The position numbers and the translations under genes were made by a program. DNA of 64,000 nucleotides, taken from the NCBI GenBank assembly GCA_963732985.1, contig CAVTBP010000010.1:23986-87985 (forward strand), written 5' to 3'. How positions within the stretch are numbered: the stretch's first letter is position 1; the number at the start of each line of letters is the position of its first letter. Below the pieces are notes generated by a model that was not told the origin of the DNA, did no database searches, and was given only the letters and a program-made list of their open reading frames with translations. Shown one piece after another: positions 35,421 to 46,599 of this stretch. The stretch is from an uncultured Actinomycetes bacterium (GTDB taxonomy: Bacteria > Actinomycetota > Thermoleophilia > Gaiellales > Gaiellaceae).

Positions 35421-35560
35421 CGCGGCGGAGGATAGTCGTGGAGCGGAGCGGCGCTCGCCCCTACCGGGGGCAGGCGAGCGCCGCGGGCGTTTCCCGTAGC
35501 GCTCGATGCGAGCGCGGTCGTTCATCCGCCTCATCCTAACGGGAGCGCCGGCATAGCGGC

Positions 35561-35608
35561 GGACACGTCCGGCTGAGCGCTGTCCGGGGTCTGACCCCTG
35601 ACGTGTCC
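35561..35608. repeat. palindromic element GGGGTCTGACCCC inside a larger inverted repeat
   Basis: GGGGTC-T-GACCCC at 35586-35598; GGACACGTC (35561) ... GACGTGTCC (35600). Confidence 0.75.
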
Positions 35609-35680
35609 CGCGCGGCCGCGTCCGGCGGGTCACTCGTTCGGGCGTTGAGGACATCACCGCGGAAGACCGAACCTACTGAG

Positions 35681-37029
35681 GTGCCGCCCGTTCCGGTCTA
35701 CCGGGGACGCTTCGGCGTCGCCGAGGCGGAGCGCCTGCTCTGGCGCGCCGGGTTCGGCCCTCGCCGCGGAGAGGCGCGCAGCCTGTCGGAGCGCGGTCTC
35801 GACGAGGCCGTGCGCTCGCTCACGCACCCGGGCCGGGAGCGGCTCGTCGGGAAGCCGCCACGCGACGACAAGCGCCGCCGTCTCGCGCCGGCCGACGCCT
35901 ACGGCCACGACCACCTCTGGTGGCTCGACCGCATGGTGCGGACGAGCCGCCCGCTGGTCGAGCGGATGACGCTCGTCTGGCACGACTGGTTCGCGACGTC
36001 GAACAACGGTGTCGGCTCGCAGAAGCTGATGCTCGAGCAGAACCAGCTCTTCCGCCGGTTCGCGCTCGGGAACTTCCGCTTCCTCGCTGCACGCGGTGAC
36101 GGCCGACCCGGCGATGCTGCTGTGGCTGTCGGGCGCCGACAACTCGAAGGACGCGCCGAACGAGAACTACGCCCGCGAGCTGATGGAGCTGTTCACGCTC
36201 GGCGAGGGCAACGGCTACGACGAGCGCGGACGTCCGCGAGCAGGCACGGGCGCTGACGGGCTTCCGCTACGTCTGGAGCCGGAACAAGGGGCCCGTCAAC
36301 TTCCACTTCGACCCGCGGCGGCACGACAAGGGCGTCGAAGCTCGTGTTCGGGCAACGGGGCAACTTCGACTTCCGGGACGCGTGCAACCTCTGCCTCGAC
36401 CACCCGGCGCACCCGCGCTTCGTGGTCGACAAGCTGTGGAGCTACTTCATCCCGGTGCCGCCCGAGCCACGCACCCGGCGGGCGCTCGAGGCGCTGTACC
36501 GCGAGCGCTACGAGGTGCGTCCGCTCCTCGACGCGATCCTCCGTCACCCGAAGCTCTACCTCGGGCCGCGCATGGTGAAGCCGCCCGTCGTCTACATGGC
36601 CGGCCTGCTCCGCACGCTCGGGCGACGCGTCGAGGGAGGCTCCTGGGTCTGGCTCGCCGACGGGGTCGGGCAGCGGCTCTTCTACCCGCCGAACGTGGCC
36701 GGCTGGGACGACGAGCGGTGGCTCGACACGGGCACCTTCCGCGGCCGCTGGGCGGTCGCGAACGAGGCGCTCTCGAAGTTCGCCGTCGAGCAGAAGCGCG
36801 GCAAGAAGCCGCCCAAGGTGCCGTTCGACGCCGAGAAGATCGTCGCCAACGCCGTCTACCTGCTCGGCAGCCCGCGCATCAGGCCCGAGACGCACAGGGC
36901 GCTCGTGCGCTTCGCACGCACGGCGCTGTCCGACGCGACGAGGACTGGAAGAAGGACGCCTACCCGCCGCTCGTCCTCAACGCCGTCCGCCAGCTGCTCG
37001 CCGTGTCCCCCGACCTCCAGACCGCCTGA
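35681..37029 (+). CDS. DUF1800 family protein (frameshifted)
   Basis: LLWRAGFGP, WWLDRM, ERMTLVWHDWFATS, PNENYARELMELFTLG, FYPPNVAGW. Confidence 0.92.
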
Positions 37030-38416
37030 TGGGCTGCTGCAGCGAGCACACGCGCTCCGACCTGCTGCGCCGCGGCGTCGCGAGCGCGGGCCGCGGGCTG
37101 CCGGCCATCGAGCCCGGCATGCCGACACCGGCCGGCACGGGTCTCGACCGGCGCAGCTTCCTGGCGCGGAGCCTCGGCCTGGCGATCGCCGTCTACGGCG
37201 GCGCTTCGCTGAGCCCCGAGGCCTTCGAGGCCGGGATCGCCGCCGCACAGGCCGCGGCACGGCCGAAGAACAAGGTGCTCGTCAACGTGTTCCTCGACGG
37301 CGGCGCCGACTCGCTGTCGATGCTGTTCCCGGCCGACGGATCCGCTCTATCGCAAGCTGCGGCCACGCCTCGCGCTCGGCCCCGCACAGGGGATCGCGTT
37401 CGCCGAGGACCCACGGCTGCGCTGGCATCCCGCGCTGACGCCGTTCGCGACGCTGCACGCCGAGGGCAAGGTGACCGTGATGCCCGGGATCGGCTACGCC
37501 GACCCGAACCAGTCGCATTTCACGTCGCGTCACTTCTGGGAGGTCGGCGGGCTCGACGAGCGGCTCGGCGACCGGCTGGATGGGCCGGTATCTCGACCGC
37601 TACGGCGCGCCCGACAACCCGTTGCAGGGTCTCGCGCTCGACTGGGGCCTGCAGCCGTCGCTCGCGACGAAGAAGGTGCCGGTCGCCTCGATCGACGGGC
37701 CCGACCGCTTCGACTTCTGGACGCGCGGGGTCTGGGGCGACGTCCAGGATCGGCTGCTCGACGCGATCGGGCTGCTCGGCAGGATCCCGACACGGTCCGA
37801 CCCGGGGCTCGAGCAGGCCACCGACGCAGCGCGCCAGACGGCGCAGCTGTACCGGCAGCTCGCGCCGTTCCGGTCGAAGGACGGCGAGTCGAAGGGCTTC
37901 GGCAGCCCCGTCCCCTACCCGGGCGGCGACGACTCGTTCCCGCGCCGACTGGCCGGTGTCGCGGCCATGCTGGCCGCCGGCCTGCCGCTCCGCTGCGTCG
38001 CGATCACCGCGCCGGGCGCCTACGACACGCACGACAGCCAGCCCGGCGATCTCGCCGACGGGCTCAAGCTGACCGCCGACTCGCTGCTCGCCTTCCAGCG
38101 CGACCTCGAGGCACGCGGCCTCGCCGACCGCGTGCTCGTCCACGTGTGGTCGGAGTTCGGCCGCCGCGCGGAGGAGAACGCCTCCAACGGCACCGATCAC
38201 GGCGCGGCGGGCGCCGGCTTCCTGATCGGGACGAAGGCCTCGGGCACGATGGTCGGCGAGTTCCCGGGGCTGGACAAGCTCGACCGCGACGGCAACCTCC
38301 GCGCGACGACCGACTTCCGCGGGCTCTACGCGGCGCTGATCGAGGACTGGCTCGGCGGCGACGCCGCGGCGGTGCTCCCCGATGCGAAGCTCCCGCGCCC
38401 GAAGGTCGTGAAGTGA
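37029..38416 (+). CDS. DUF1501 family protein with Tat signal (frameshifted)
   Basis: LDRRSFL; VFLDGGADSL, SHFTS, YDTHDSQ, WSEFGRR..EN..GTDHG. Confidence 0.92.
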
Positions 38417-38812
38417 GCGGCGAGGCTCGCGTCGAAGCACCACACGCTCGTGCTCGCGGCTCTGCCGCCACCGCGCTCGCGGTGACGGACCGCGTCGGCC
38501 GCCGCGGCGCCGTCGCCGGCCCGCGTACAGGTGACCGCCGACGAGTTCCGGCTGACGCTCTCGCGCGACGAGCGTCCGGCGCGGGCCCGGTCGTGCTCGA
38601 GCTCTTCAACCTCGGCGAGGACGACCACGACCTCGCGCTGCGCCGCCGGGCGAAGGGCGCCCGCACGCTGGCGGATCCCGCGTCGTCGACCCCGGGCAAG
38701 GTGCGGCGATCTGGAGGCCCGCCTCGTGCCGGGTCGCTACGCGCTCTGGTGCACGCTGGCCGACCACCGCGCACGCGGCATGCGGGCGACGCTCGTCGTG
38801 CGCCCGCGATAG
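38413..38812 (+). CDS. small secreted cupredoxin-like protein (frameshifted)
   Basis: FNLGEDDHDL...PGRYALWCTLADHRARGMRATL (H...C-x4-H-x4-M). Confidence 0.7.
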
Positions 38813-38833
38813 CGCGCCGTACACTGGCCCGCG

Positions 38834-39830
38834 ATGGGCGACGTGCCCGCCTCGCCACACCGGTCGTGGCCCGCTCGCCTCCTGCGCGTCGCCGCTCGGC
38901 GTGCTGCGGAAGCTCGTTGTCCGTCATCCCGCAGGCGATCGACGGCTACTTCGCGCACCGGCTGGGACAGCACGCGGCGGCGATCGCCTACCGCGTCCTG
39001 TTCTCGCTGGCGCCGCTCGCCATCGTGCTCGTCTCGGTGTTCGGCCTCGTGCTCCAGAACGACGAGGTGCGCGAGGACGTGATCGACTGCGATCGTCGAC
39101 TGGCTGCCCGTGAGCGATGAGGGCAGCGCGGACATCGAGCAGCGCGATCACGAAGATCGCCAGCCCCGGCCAGCGCGCTTGGGCCTTCTGTCGCTCGTCG
39201 TCTTCGCCTGGGCCGCGACCGGGATGATGGCCGCGCTGCGCACGGGTCTCGAGGCTGCGATGGACGTCGAACGCCGACCGGCTGCGCGCGCAAAGCTGGT
39301 CGACTTCATCCTCGTCGCGGCGGCCGGCGCGCTCGTGCTCGTCGTGATCGGCGTGACCATCGCGACCCAGCTCGTGACGAGGCTCGCGACCGAGGCGTCG
39401 TCGAAGATCGGCCTCGGACGGAGGGCTGATCGACGAGGCGGCGCGCACCGGTGTCCCGCTCGCCGTGTCGCTGGCGGTGATCATCCTGCTCTACCGCTTC
39501 GTTCCCGCCCACCGCGTGCGGATCCGCGACACGGTGGCGGGCGCCCTCGTCGCCGCGCTCCTCCTGCTCGCGATCTCGGCCGCTTCCGCCTACATCTTCG
39601 AGAAGACGGCGCGCTTGTCGGTCATCTACGGGTCGATCACCGTCGCGCTCGTGTTTCTCTACTCCGTGTACCTGTACGCATCGGCGCTGCTGTTCGGAGC
39701 CGAGGTCGCCGCCGCGTGGTCACGTCCGGCGCAGGGGCCCGGCGACCCGATCCTCGTGCAGGTGAAGCGAGCGGTGCTCGGGCTGTTCGTGCACCGCAAC
39801 CCGAGCCGCCGCCCGCGACCGGACAGCCGG
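38834..39830 (+). CDS. YihY/virulence factor BrkB family membrane protein (frameshifted, stop uncertain)
   Basis: AAAIAYRVLFSLAPL, LYRFVP, YGSITVALVFLYSVYL...LFGAE. Confidence 0.88.
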
Positions 39831-40903
39831 CTACCAGGCCCCGCCACCGGGTGGCAGCGGCACCTCGGGTGGCCGCACGACATAGACGATCCCACCGCTG
39901 CCGCGCAGCCAGGCGCGTTCGAACTGCGCCCGGTCGTAGACGCGGCGCACCTCCTCGTTCGCGTGCGCCGCGGGGTCGTCCACCACCGGGTGACCGTCGG
40001 CGGTCACGCCGACGAGCACGACGAGTGTCCTGTGGTACCCGCCGCGAGAAAGCCGTCGAGCTCTCCCGGCGCGGCGGCGATCGACGCGGCCAGCGGCACG
40101 CCCGCGGCGAGGAACGCCTCGGCCTCGCGCAGCGACGCTCAGCCGGGTCACGAAAGCCTCGAGACCGAAGGTCGCAGCGTAGGCGGTGTTGAACGGCCAG
40201 TTGCCGCAGCCGCCGTAGGCCGCGTCGTACGTGGAGCGCGCAGCGTGGTCGACGCACGGATCGACGTGACCCTCCCCCACCCACGCCATGTCCTCGGGGG
40301 TGGGGCCGCGCCCCCAGTAGGCGACCAGCATGGCCGTCGAGGCCGCACTGCACCACGAGGCGCCGCCACCGTCGTACTCGGGAAAGTGACCGCGGTGCCG
40401 GAACTGCGAGAACGGCGGCACCTCGAGCTCGACCGGCCCGGCGAGCGATGGCTCGCTCGGCACGACGGGCTCCGGCGGGCGTTCGGACGACGCCACGGCC
40501 GCGACGAGTCGCACGCGCGGCCGACGCCCCGGTTGCGGTCAGCAGCGAGACGCGCAGCCGGAAGGCGTCGAGGCCACCGTCGGCGACGAGCGTGTCGACC
40601 TGCACGCGGCAACGTCCGTCGTCCTGACCCGGCACGGACGTGCGCTCGATGTGCTCGTCACCCGAGGCCCAGGTGCCCAGCGAGTACCACGGCGTCTCGC
40701 CCGCCGCGTCGCGCCCCTGAACCGCGACCGCGATCGCCGTCCCGGGCGGTGTCTCCGCGTTCCACGACGGCACGACGTCGAGCACCGGAAATCCCGGCTC
40801 GATCCACGCCGACGTCCAGTCGCCGGTCGCCGGCTCGTCGAAGCGGCTGAAGGCGATCCGGGTCACCGCGCGGTCGTGGTCGCTCGACAGGCCGGCTGGG
40901 CAC
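39831..40903 (-). CDS. peptidase C39-like protein (frameshifted, start uncertain)
   Basis: PSWNAETP; FSQ..H.GHFPEYDGGGASWCS; GNWPFNTAYAA; VVDDPA. Confidence 0.8.
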
Positions 40904-40944
40904 CGCCGAAGCCTACGTCCGAGCCGCAGCAACACTCCCTCCGC

Positions 40945-40962
40945 TTTTTCTATAGACTTTTT
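40945..40962 (+). promoter_or_regulatory. AT-rich promoter/operator TTTTTCTATAGACTTTTT upstream of acyl-CoA dehydrogenase
   Basis: TCTATAGA palindrome overlapping TAGACT -10; conspicuous in a high-GC context. Confidence 0.55.
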
Positions 40963-40992
40963 GGGACGCCTTCATTCGACCCGGAGGTCCCC

Positions 40993-42183
40993 GTGGCCGT
41001 CTCGACCGAGCTCCCCGCCCTCGACCCCCTCGACTACCTCGCGCTCGACAGCCTGCTCGACGAGGAGGAGCGCGCCGTACGCGACACCGTGCGCCAGTTC
41101 GTGCGCGAGCGGGTCCTGCCCGAGGTCGGCGACTGGTTCGAGCAGGGCGTGCTCCCGCGCGAGCTGATGAGCGAGCTGGCGAAGCTCGGCCTGTACGGCA
41201 TGCACCTCGACGGCTACGGCCTCCCCGGGCGCGAGCGCCGTCGCCTACGGGCTCACGTGCCTCGAGCTCGAGGCTGGAGACTCGGGCGTCCGCAGCGCCG
41301 TCTCGGTGCAGGGCTCGCTCGCGATGTACGCCATCTGGCGCTGGGGCTCCGAGGAGCAGAAGGAGCGCTGGCTGCCGGCGATGCACACCGGCGAGGTGAT
41401 CGGCTGCTTCGGGCTGACCGAGCCGGACGCGGGCTCCGACCCGGGCGCGATGCGCACGCACGCGAGGCGCGACGGCACCGACTGGGTGCTGAACGGCGCC
41501 AAGATGTGGATCACGAACGGCACGATCGCGGACATCGCGATCGTCTGGGCGCGCACGGACGAGGACGAGATCCGCGGCTTCATCGTCGAGCAGGGCATGC
41601 CGGGCTTCTCCGCGCCGGAGATCCACAAGAAGATCTCGCTGCGCGCGTCCGTGACCAGCGAGCTCGTGCTCCAGGACGTCCGCGTGCCGCAGGAGCACGT
41701 GTTCCCCGAGGTGCGGACGCTGCGCGGCCCGCTCTCGTGCCTCAACGAGGCGCGCTACGGGATCGTGTGGGGCGCGGTCGGCGCGGGTCGTGCCTGCTTC
41801 GAGGCGGCGCTCGAGTACGCCAAGGAGCGCATCGTGTTCGGCAAGCCGATCTCGGCCTACCAGCTGACGCAGCAGAAGCTCGCGGAGATGGCGCTCGAGG
41901 TGAACCGCGCCGGGCTGGTCGCACTCCACGTGGGCCGCATGAAGGACGCCGGCACGCTTGCGGCCCGAGCACGTGAGCATGGGCAAGATGGGCAACGTCC
42001 GCGGCGCGCTCGACGTGTGCCGCACGGCCCGCACCGTGCTCGGCGCCAACGGCGTCACGCTCGAGTACCCGGTGATCCGGCACATGAACAACCTCGAGTC
42101 GGTGCTCACCTACGAAGGCACCCACGAGGTGCACACGCTCGTCGTCGGGCAACGCGCTCACGGGGACACCGGCCTTCCGGTAG
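40993..42183 (+). CDS. gcdH: acyl-CoA dehydrogenase, glutaryl-CoA dehydrogenase-like (frameshifted)
   Basis: ELEAGDSGVRS..SVQGSL, GCFGLTEPDAGSDP, KMWITNG, SLRASVT, CLNEARYGI, TYEGTHEVH; GGAGG RBS. Confidence 0.8.
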
Positions 42184-42186
42184 AGC

Positions 42187-42901
42187 ATGGCCGTCGCGCC
42201 TCCCCGCACCCGCCGTCCCACGGCGCAGCCACCGCGCGGCGTCCGCGCTGCGGGCGGCGATCCTGGAAGGCGAGCTGCGCCCGGGTCAGCGGGTGAACCA
42301 GGAGGACTGGGCCGCGCGCGCCGGTGTCAGCGCGATCCCCGTGCGCGAGGCGCTGAACGCGCTCGCCGGCGAAGGTCTCGTCACGTACCGCCCGCGGCGC
42401 GGCTACGTCGTCACCGAGCTCGCGCTCGCCGACCTCGAGGAGGTGTACGCGTTGCGCCGCCTGCTCGAGACCGAAGCGCTTCGTCGCGGCGTCGCCCGAG
42501 CGACACCGGACGACGTCGAGCGCCCTCCGGCACATGGCGGACGCGTGCCGCACCGGCGACCTCGCGGCGAGGCTCACGGCGAACCGCCGCTTCCACGACC
42601 GCCTCTACGCGCTCGCGGGAAGCAGGCCGCTGTCGCGGCTGATCGACGGGCTCTGGGATCAGACCGAGGCCTACCGGGCCCTCTACTACGCCCTGCCGGG
42701 CGAGACGGCCGAGGCCGACCGCTCGCACGCAGGCGATCGTCGGCTGCGCTCGCGGCCGGCGACGTCGACGCCGTCGTGGCGCTCCAGGACGAGCATCGAC
42801 AGCGCACGCTCGACCGCCTACAGGCAGCGCTCGCAACCGCGCCGGCGGATCACTCGATCCGCCGCCAGGGCTTCTCGGCGCCCCAGAAGACCACGTCGTA
42901 G
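42187..42901 (+). CDS. GntR family (FCD-domain) transcriptional regulator (frameshifted)
   Basis: ILEGELRPGQRV..GVSAIPVREAL..L..EGLV...PRRG; NRRFH. Confidence 0.88.
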
Positions 42902-43362
42902 GCTCGATCCGTCAGCGGGTCGATGCGGAGGGCCTCGCCGTCGAAGGCCCACGCAACGGTCTCGACGCAGTCGGCCGAGCAGAACTCGACGCCGTTCGAG
43001 GCGCGTCTGGGCCAGTGCACGGTGAGCCGGTCGCCGTCGCTGGTGTAGCGACCGGTGACCCGCGTGAACGAGCAGTCGCAGTCCGACTGGACGAGGAAGA
43101 TCCGTCCGTCGCGCAGCGTCCACGTGAATGTCCCGGTCGCGTCGGTGAGCAAGCGGAGCCCGATGTCGGGCATCACGCGCAGGACGTCCTGCTTGGTCAA
43201 CCGGTAGCGGAAGACGCCCTCGGGGAGCCCGCTTGCGGTGGTCGCCGACGGGTCGCCGGACGCCTCCCCACCTCGGCCGACGACCCACGCCGCGGCGATC
43301 ACGGCGGCCGCGGTGACGACCACGATCGCCGCGATCGCCGCCGTGCTACTGAACCGCTTCAT
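42850..43362 (-). CDS. hypothetical secreted/membrane-anchored protein with four Cys
   Basis: Intact ORF, hydrophobic N-terminus, CDC and CSADC; CACGAT 6 nt before ATG. Confidence 0.65.
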   Translation of the reverse strand: MKRFSSTAAIAAIVVVTAAAVIAAAWVVGRGGEASGDPSATTASGLPEGVFRYRLTKQDVLRVMPDIGLRLLTDATGTFTWTLRDGRIFLVQSDCDCSFTRVTGRYTSDGDRLTVHWPRRASNGVEFCSADCVETVAWAFDGEALRIDPLTDRAYDVVFWGAEKPWRRIE

Positions 43363-43494
43363 CTCGTGATCGTGGCAGCCGCCGAAGCGCGCGTCCAGTC
43401 CATCTTGCGACACCCGACGGCCGCGTCCGGGTGCACCTAAGATGACGGCTCTGACCCTGCGAAACCGGCCCGGCTACGAGCTCCGGACGACCTC

Positions 43495-43721
43495 ATGGCT
43501 CGTCTGAGCATCAGCCGTGGCCTGAGAAGCTCGCAGCCGTGCTCGGCCTGCCACTGCGCGATCCGGCGGTGCCGGTCTACGCGGGTGTCCCGTACGCGAT
43601 GCTGGCGGTTCCCGACGAGTCTGCGGCCCGCGCGACGACCGCGAACGAGGCCGCCGCGGCCTCACCTTCGCCCGCGCCTACGCCCGCACCGGCACGGTCG
43701 CGACGACGAGCGTCACGGTGA
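43495..43721 (+). CDS. small hypothetical protein preceding moxR (low certainty)
   Basis: Frame 43539-43721 ends in a GTGA overlap with the moxR start. Confidence 0.35.
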
Positions 43722-44680
43722 GCTCTCGGACCGCCTGCTCGACAACATCGAGCTCGTCGTCCGGGGCAAGCGGGAGCAGGTCAAGCTCGTGCTCTGTGCC
43801 CTGCTGTGCGAGGGGCATGTGCTGCTCGAGGACGTGCCCGGCACGGCGAAGACGGTTCTGGCGCGAGCGATCGCGCGCTCGATCGACGGGGCGACCGCCT
43901 CGCGCGTCCAGTGCACGCCCGATCTGCAGCCGACCGACGTGACCGGGCTGTCGGTCTACAACCAGAAGGAGCGCGAGTTCGAGTTCCAGCCGGGCCCGGT
44001 GTTCGCGCACATCCTCCTCGTCGACGAGATCAACCGGGCGATGCCGAAGACGCAGAGCGCACTTCTCGAGGCGATGGCGGAGCGCCAGATCACGGTCGAC
44101 GGACAGTCGCGCCCGCTCCCCGCGCCGTTCCTCGTCCTCGCGACCGAGAACCCGCTCGATCACGAGGGCGTCTTCCCGCTCCCGGAGGCGCAGCTCGATC
44201 GCTTCTTCCTCAAGGCGGCGCTCGGCTACCCGCAGGCGGACGAGGAGCTCGAGATCGTCCGCGCGCAACGTCACGCGCACCCGCTGACCTCGCTGCGCCC
44301 GCGATCACGCTCGCCGAGCTCCGCGAGCTGCACGACGCGGTCGAGAACGTCTACATCGACCCGATCCTGCAGCGCTGGGTGATCGACCTCGTGCGCGCCA
44401 CCCGCGAGCTGCCGGGCGTGCAGATCGGCGCCTCGGTACGCGGCTCGCTCGCGCTCGAGCGCGGGGCGCGAGCGATGGCGCTGCTCGAGGGCAGGGATCA
44501 CGTCGAGCCGGGCGACATCGAGCGGCTCGTCGAGCCGGTGCTCTCCCACCGGCTGCTGCTGACGCCCGACGTACGTCCTCGGTGACGAATCCGTCGGCGG
44601 AGCCGAGCAGCCTGCTCGCGCGCTGCCTCGAGCGCGCGCCGCGACCGGCGCCTGCTCCTGCGCGAGACACGAGTGATGCC
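43718..44680 (+). CDS. moxR: MoxR family AAA+ ATPase (frameshifted)
   Basis: [64 protein letters not shown]. Confidence 0.93.
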
Positions 44681-45637
44681 CGCGGTGAGCGGTCGGCGAG
44701 CGTGCCCGAGCGCGAGCTGATCTTTCCGCTGATCCCGTCGCGGCGGAGCAGCAGGCTCGACGTCGCCGGCCGCACGAGCCGGCGGCGCGGCAGCGGCAGC
44801 GAGATCGCGAGCTCCCGCCCCTACCGTCGCGGGGACACCATGCAAGCTCGTCGACTGGCGCGCCTCGGCGCGCCTGTCCACGGCGCGCGGCGAGCGACGA
44901 GTTCGTCGTCCGCGACCGGCTCGCCGAGGACGCGGTTCGCGTGCTGGTGATCGTCGATCGCAGCCCGTCGATGGCGCTCTTCCCCGCGGAGCTTCCGTGG
45001 CTGCACAAGCCGGACGTGGTGCTCGAGGCGGGCCGGATGATCCTCGCGAGCGCGTCGGCCGCGCACGCGCTCGTCGGCTACGCGGAGCACGGCGCGCCGG
45101 GCCGACGCTGGAGCGCACCGCGACGCGACCGCGGGCTCGCTCGGCCGGATCGAGCAGCTGCTGCTCGACACGGCCGCGCCGGGCTCGGGCCGCACGCCGT
45201 TCGACGAGACGCTCAGGCTCGTGTCTGGCCGTCGCACTCGACGTCCCGCCGGGAACGTTCGTCTTCGTCCTCTCCGACTTCCTGCCACCCCGCCGAGCCG
45301 GCTGCGTTGCGGCGCCTGCTCGCGACCGGCTGGGACGTGGTCCCCGTGGTCATCCAGGATCCGGTCTGGGAGCAGTCGTTCCCCGGACGTCGCCGGTGTC
45401 ACGCTGCCGCTTGCCGATACCGGCGACCGGGAGGCGACGCTGGTGCGGCTGCGGCGCTCCGAGGCGCGAGCGCGGCGCGAGGCGAACGAGCTGCGGGCCC
45501 GGCGGCTACGCGAGACGTGGCTCTCGCTCGGGCTCGACTCGATCGTCCTGTCACGAGCCCCGACCGGCGCGCCATCCACGGCGCGTTCCTCGCCTGGGCC
45601 GCAGGCCGGCACTCGCCGGCGCCGGAAGGCTCTGTGA
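44676..45637 (+). CDS. DUF58 domain protein (frameshifted)
   Basis: GSGSEIASSRPYRRGD...VDW; VIVDRSPSM; FVLSDF. Confidence 0.82.
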
Positions 45638-46599
45638 GGCGGCGCCCGACAGCGGATCGGAGCCTGGCTCGGCGGAGCTGTGGGCGGAGCCCGCGACACG
45701 GCTGATCGCGATCGTCGTCGTGCTGTCGCCGACGCTTGACGCCTGATCGTCCTCGCGCTGCTGCTGCCGGCCGGTGACCCGCCCCGCGAGCAGTCGTGGA
45801 GCCGATCACGGTCACGAACACGCTGACGCCGACGACGTCGCTGTTCGGCGACCCGATCGACGGCCGAGATCGACGTGCTCACCGAGCGACCGCGGTCATC
45901 GATCCACGTTCGGTGAGCGTCCACGACCGACTTTCGCCCCTACGCCGCGGGTGCGACCCGAGTCGACCGATCGAGCCGCGACGCGGCTGTCACTCCTGCG
46001 CACGCAGGATCGAGCTGCAGTGCCTCACCGCCGCCTGCGTTCCGGGTCGGGACGGCGGTCGCGTATTCCGGTTCGAGCCGGTCTCGTGTCGTACCGGCCC
46101 GGGCCGACGCCGGGCAGCCGCGCGTGGCGCAGGCATGGGCTCCCGTCCAGGTCTACTCGCGCCTGGCGCGGGCACGACGAGCGACGAAGCGCTCGCCGAC
46201 AACCCGCCGAGCCTGGACACGGGCTTCCGCGTCTCGCCGACCCTCGCTCCGCGTCGTCCTGGTGACGCTCGCGGTCGTGCTCGGCCTGACCGGCACGGCT
46301 CCTGATCGCCACCGGCCTCTGGCCGCGCTTTCCCTACTCGCGCCGGCGGTGGCGACGGCTGTCGCCGCTCGACCAGGCGCTGGCGCAACTCGACGCGGCC
46401 GCGGCGATCGACGACGAGACGCTCCGTCGCGCGGTGCTCGACCAGCTCGCCTCCCGTCTCGCCGAGGCCGACCTCGACACGCTGGCCACGGCAGCCGCGA
46501 ACGCTCGCGTGGGACGCGGATGCCGCCCGAGACGGAGAGCGCTCGACCCTGCTCGGCAGCAGATTCGCGGCTCGCTCAACGGCGGCTCGCACTCGATGA
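45634..46599 (+). CDS. hypothetical exported single-TM protein of the MoxR operon (heavily frameshifted)
   Basis: Signal-like N-terminus, LFGDPI, LQCLTAACVP, TM segment; coupled on both sides. Confidence 0.55.
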
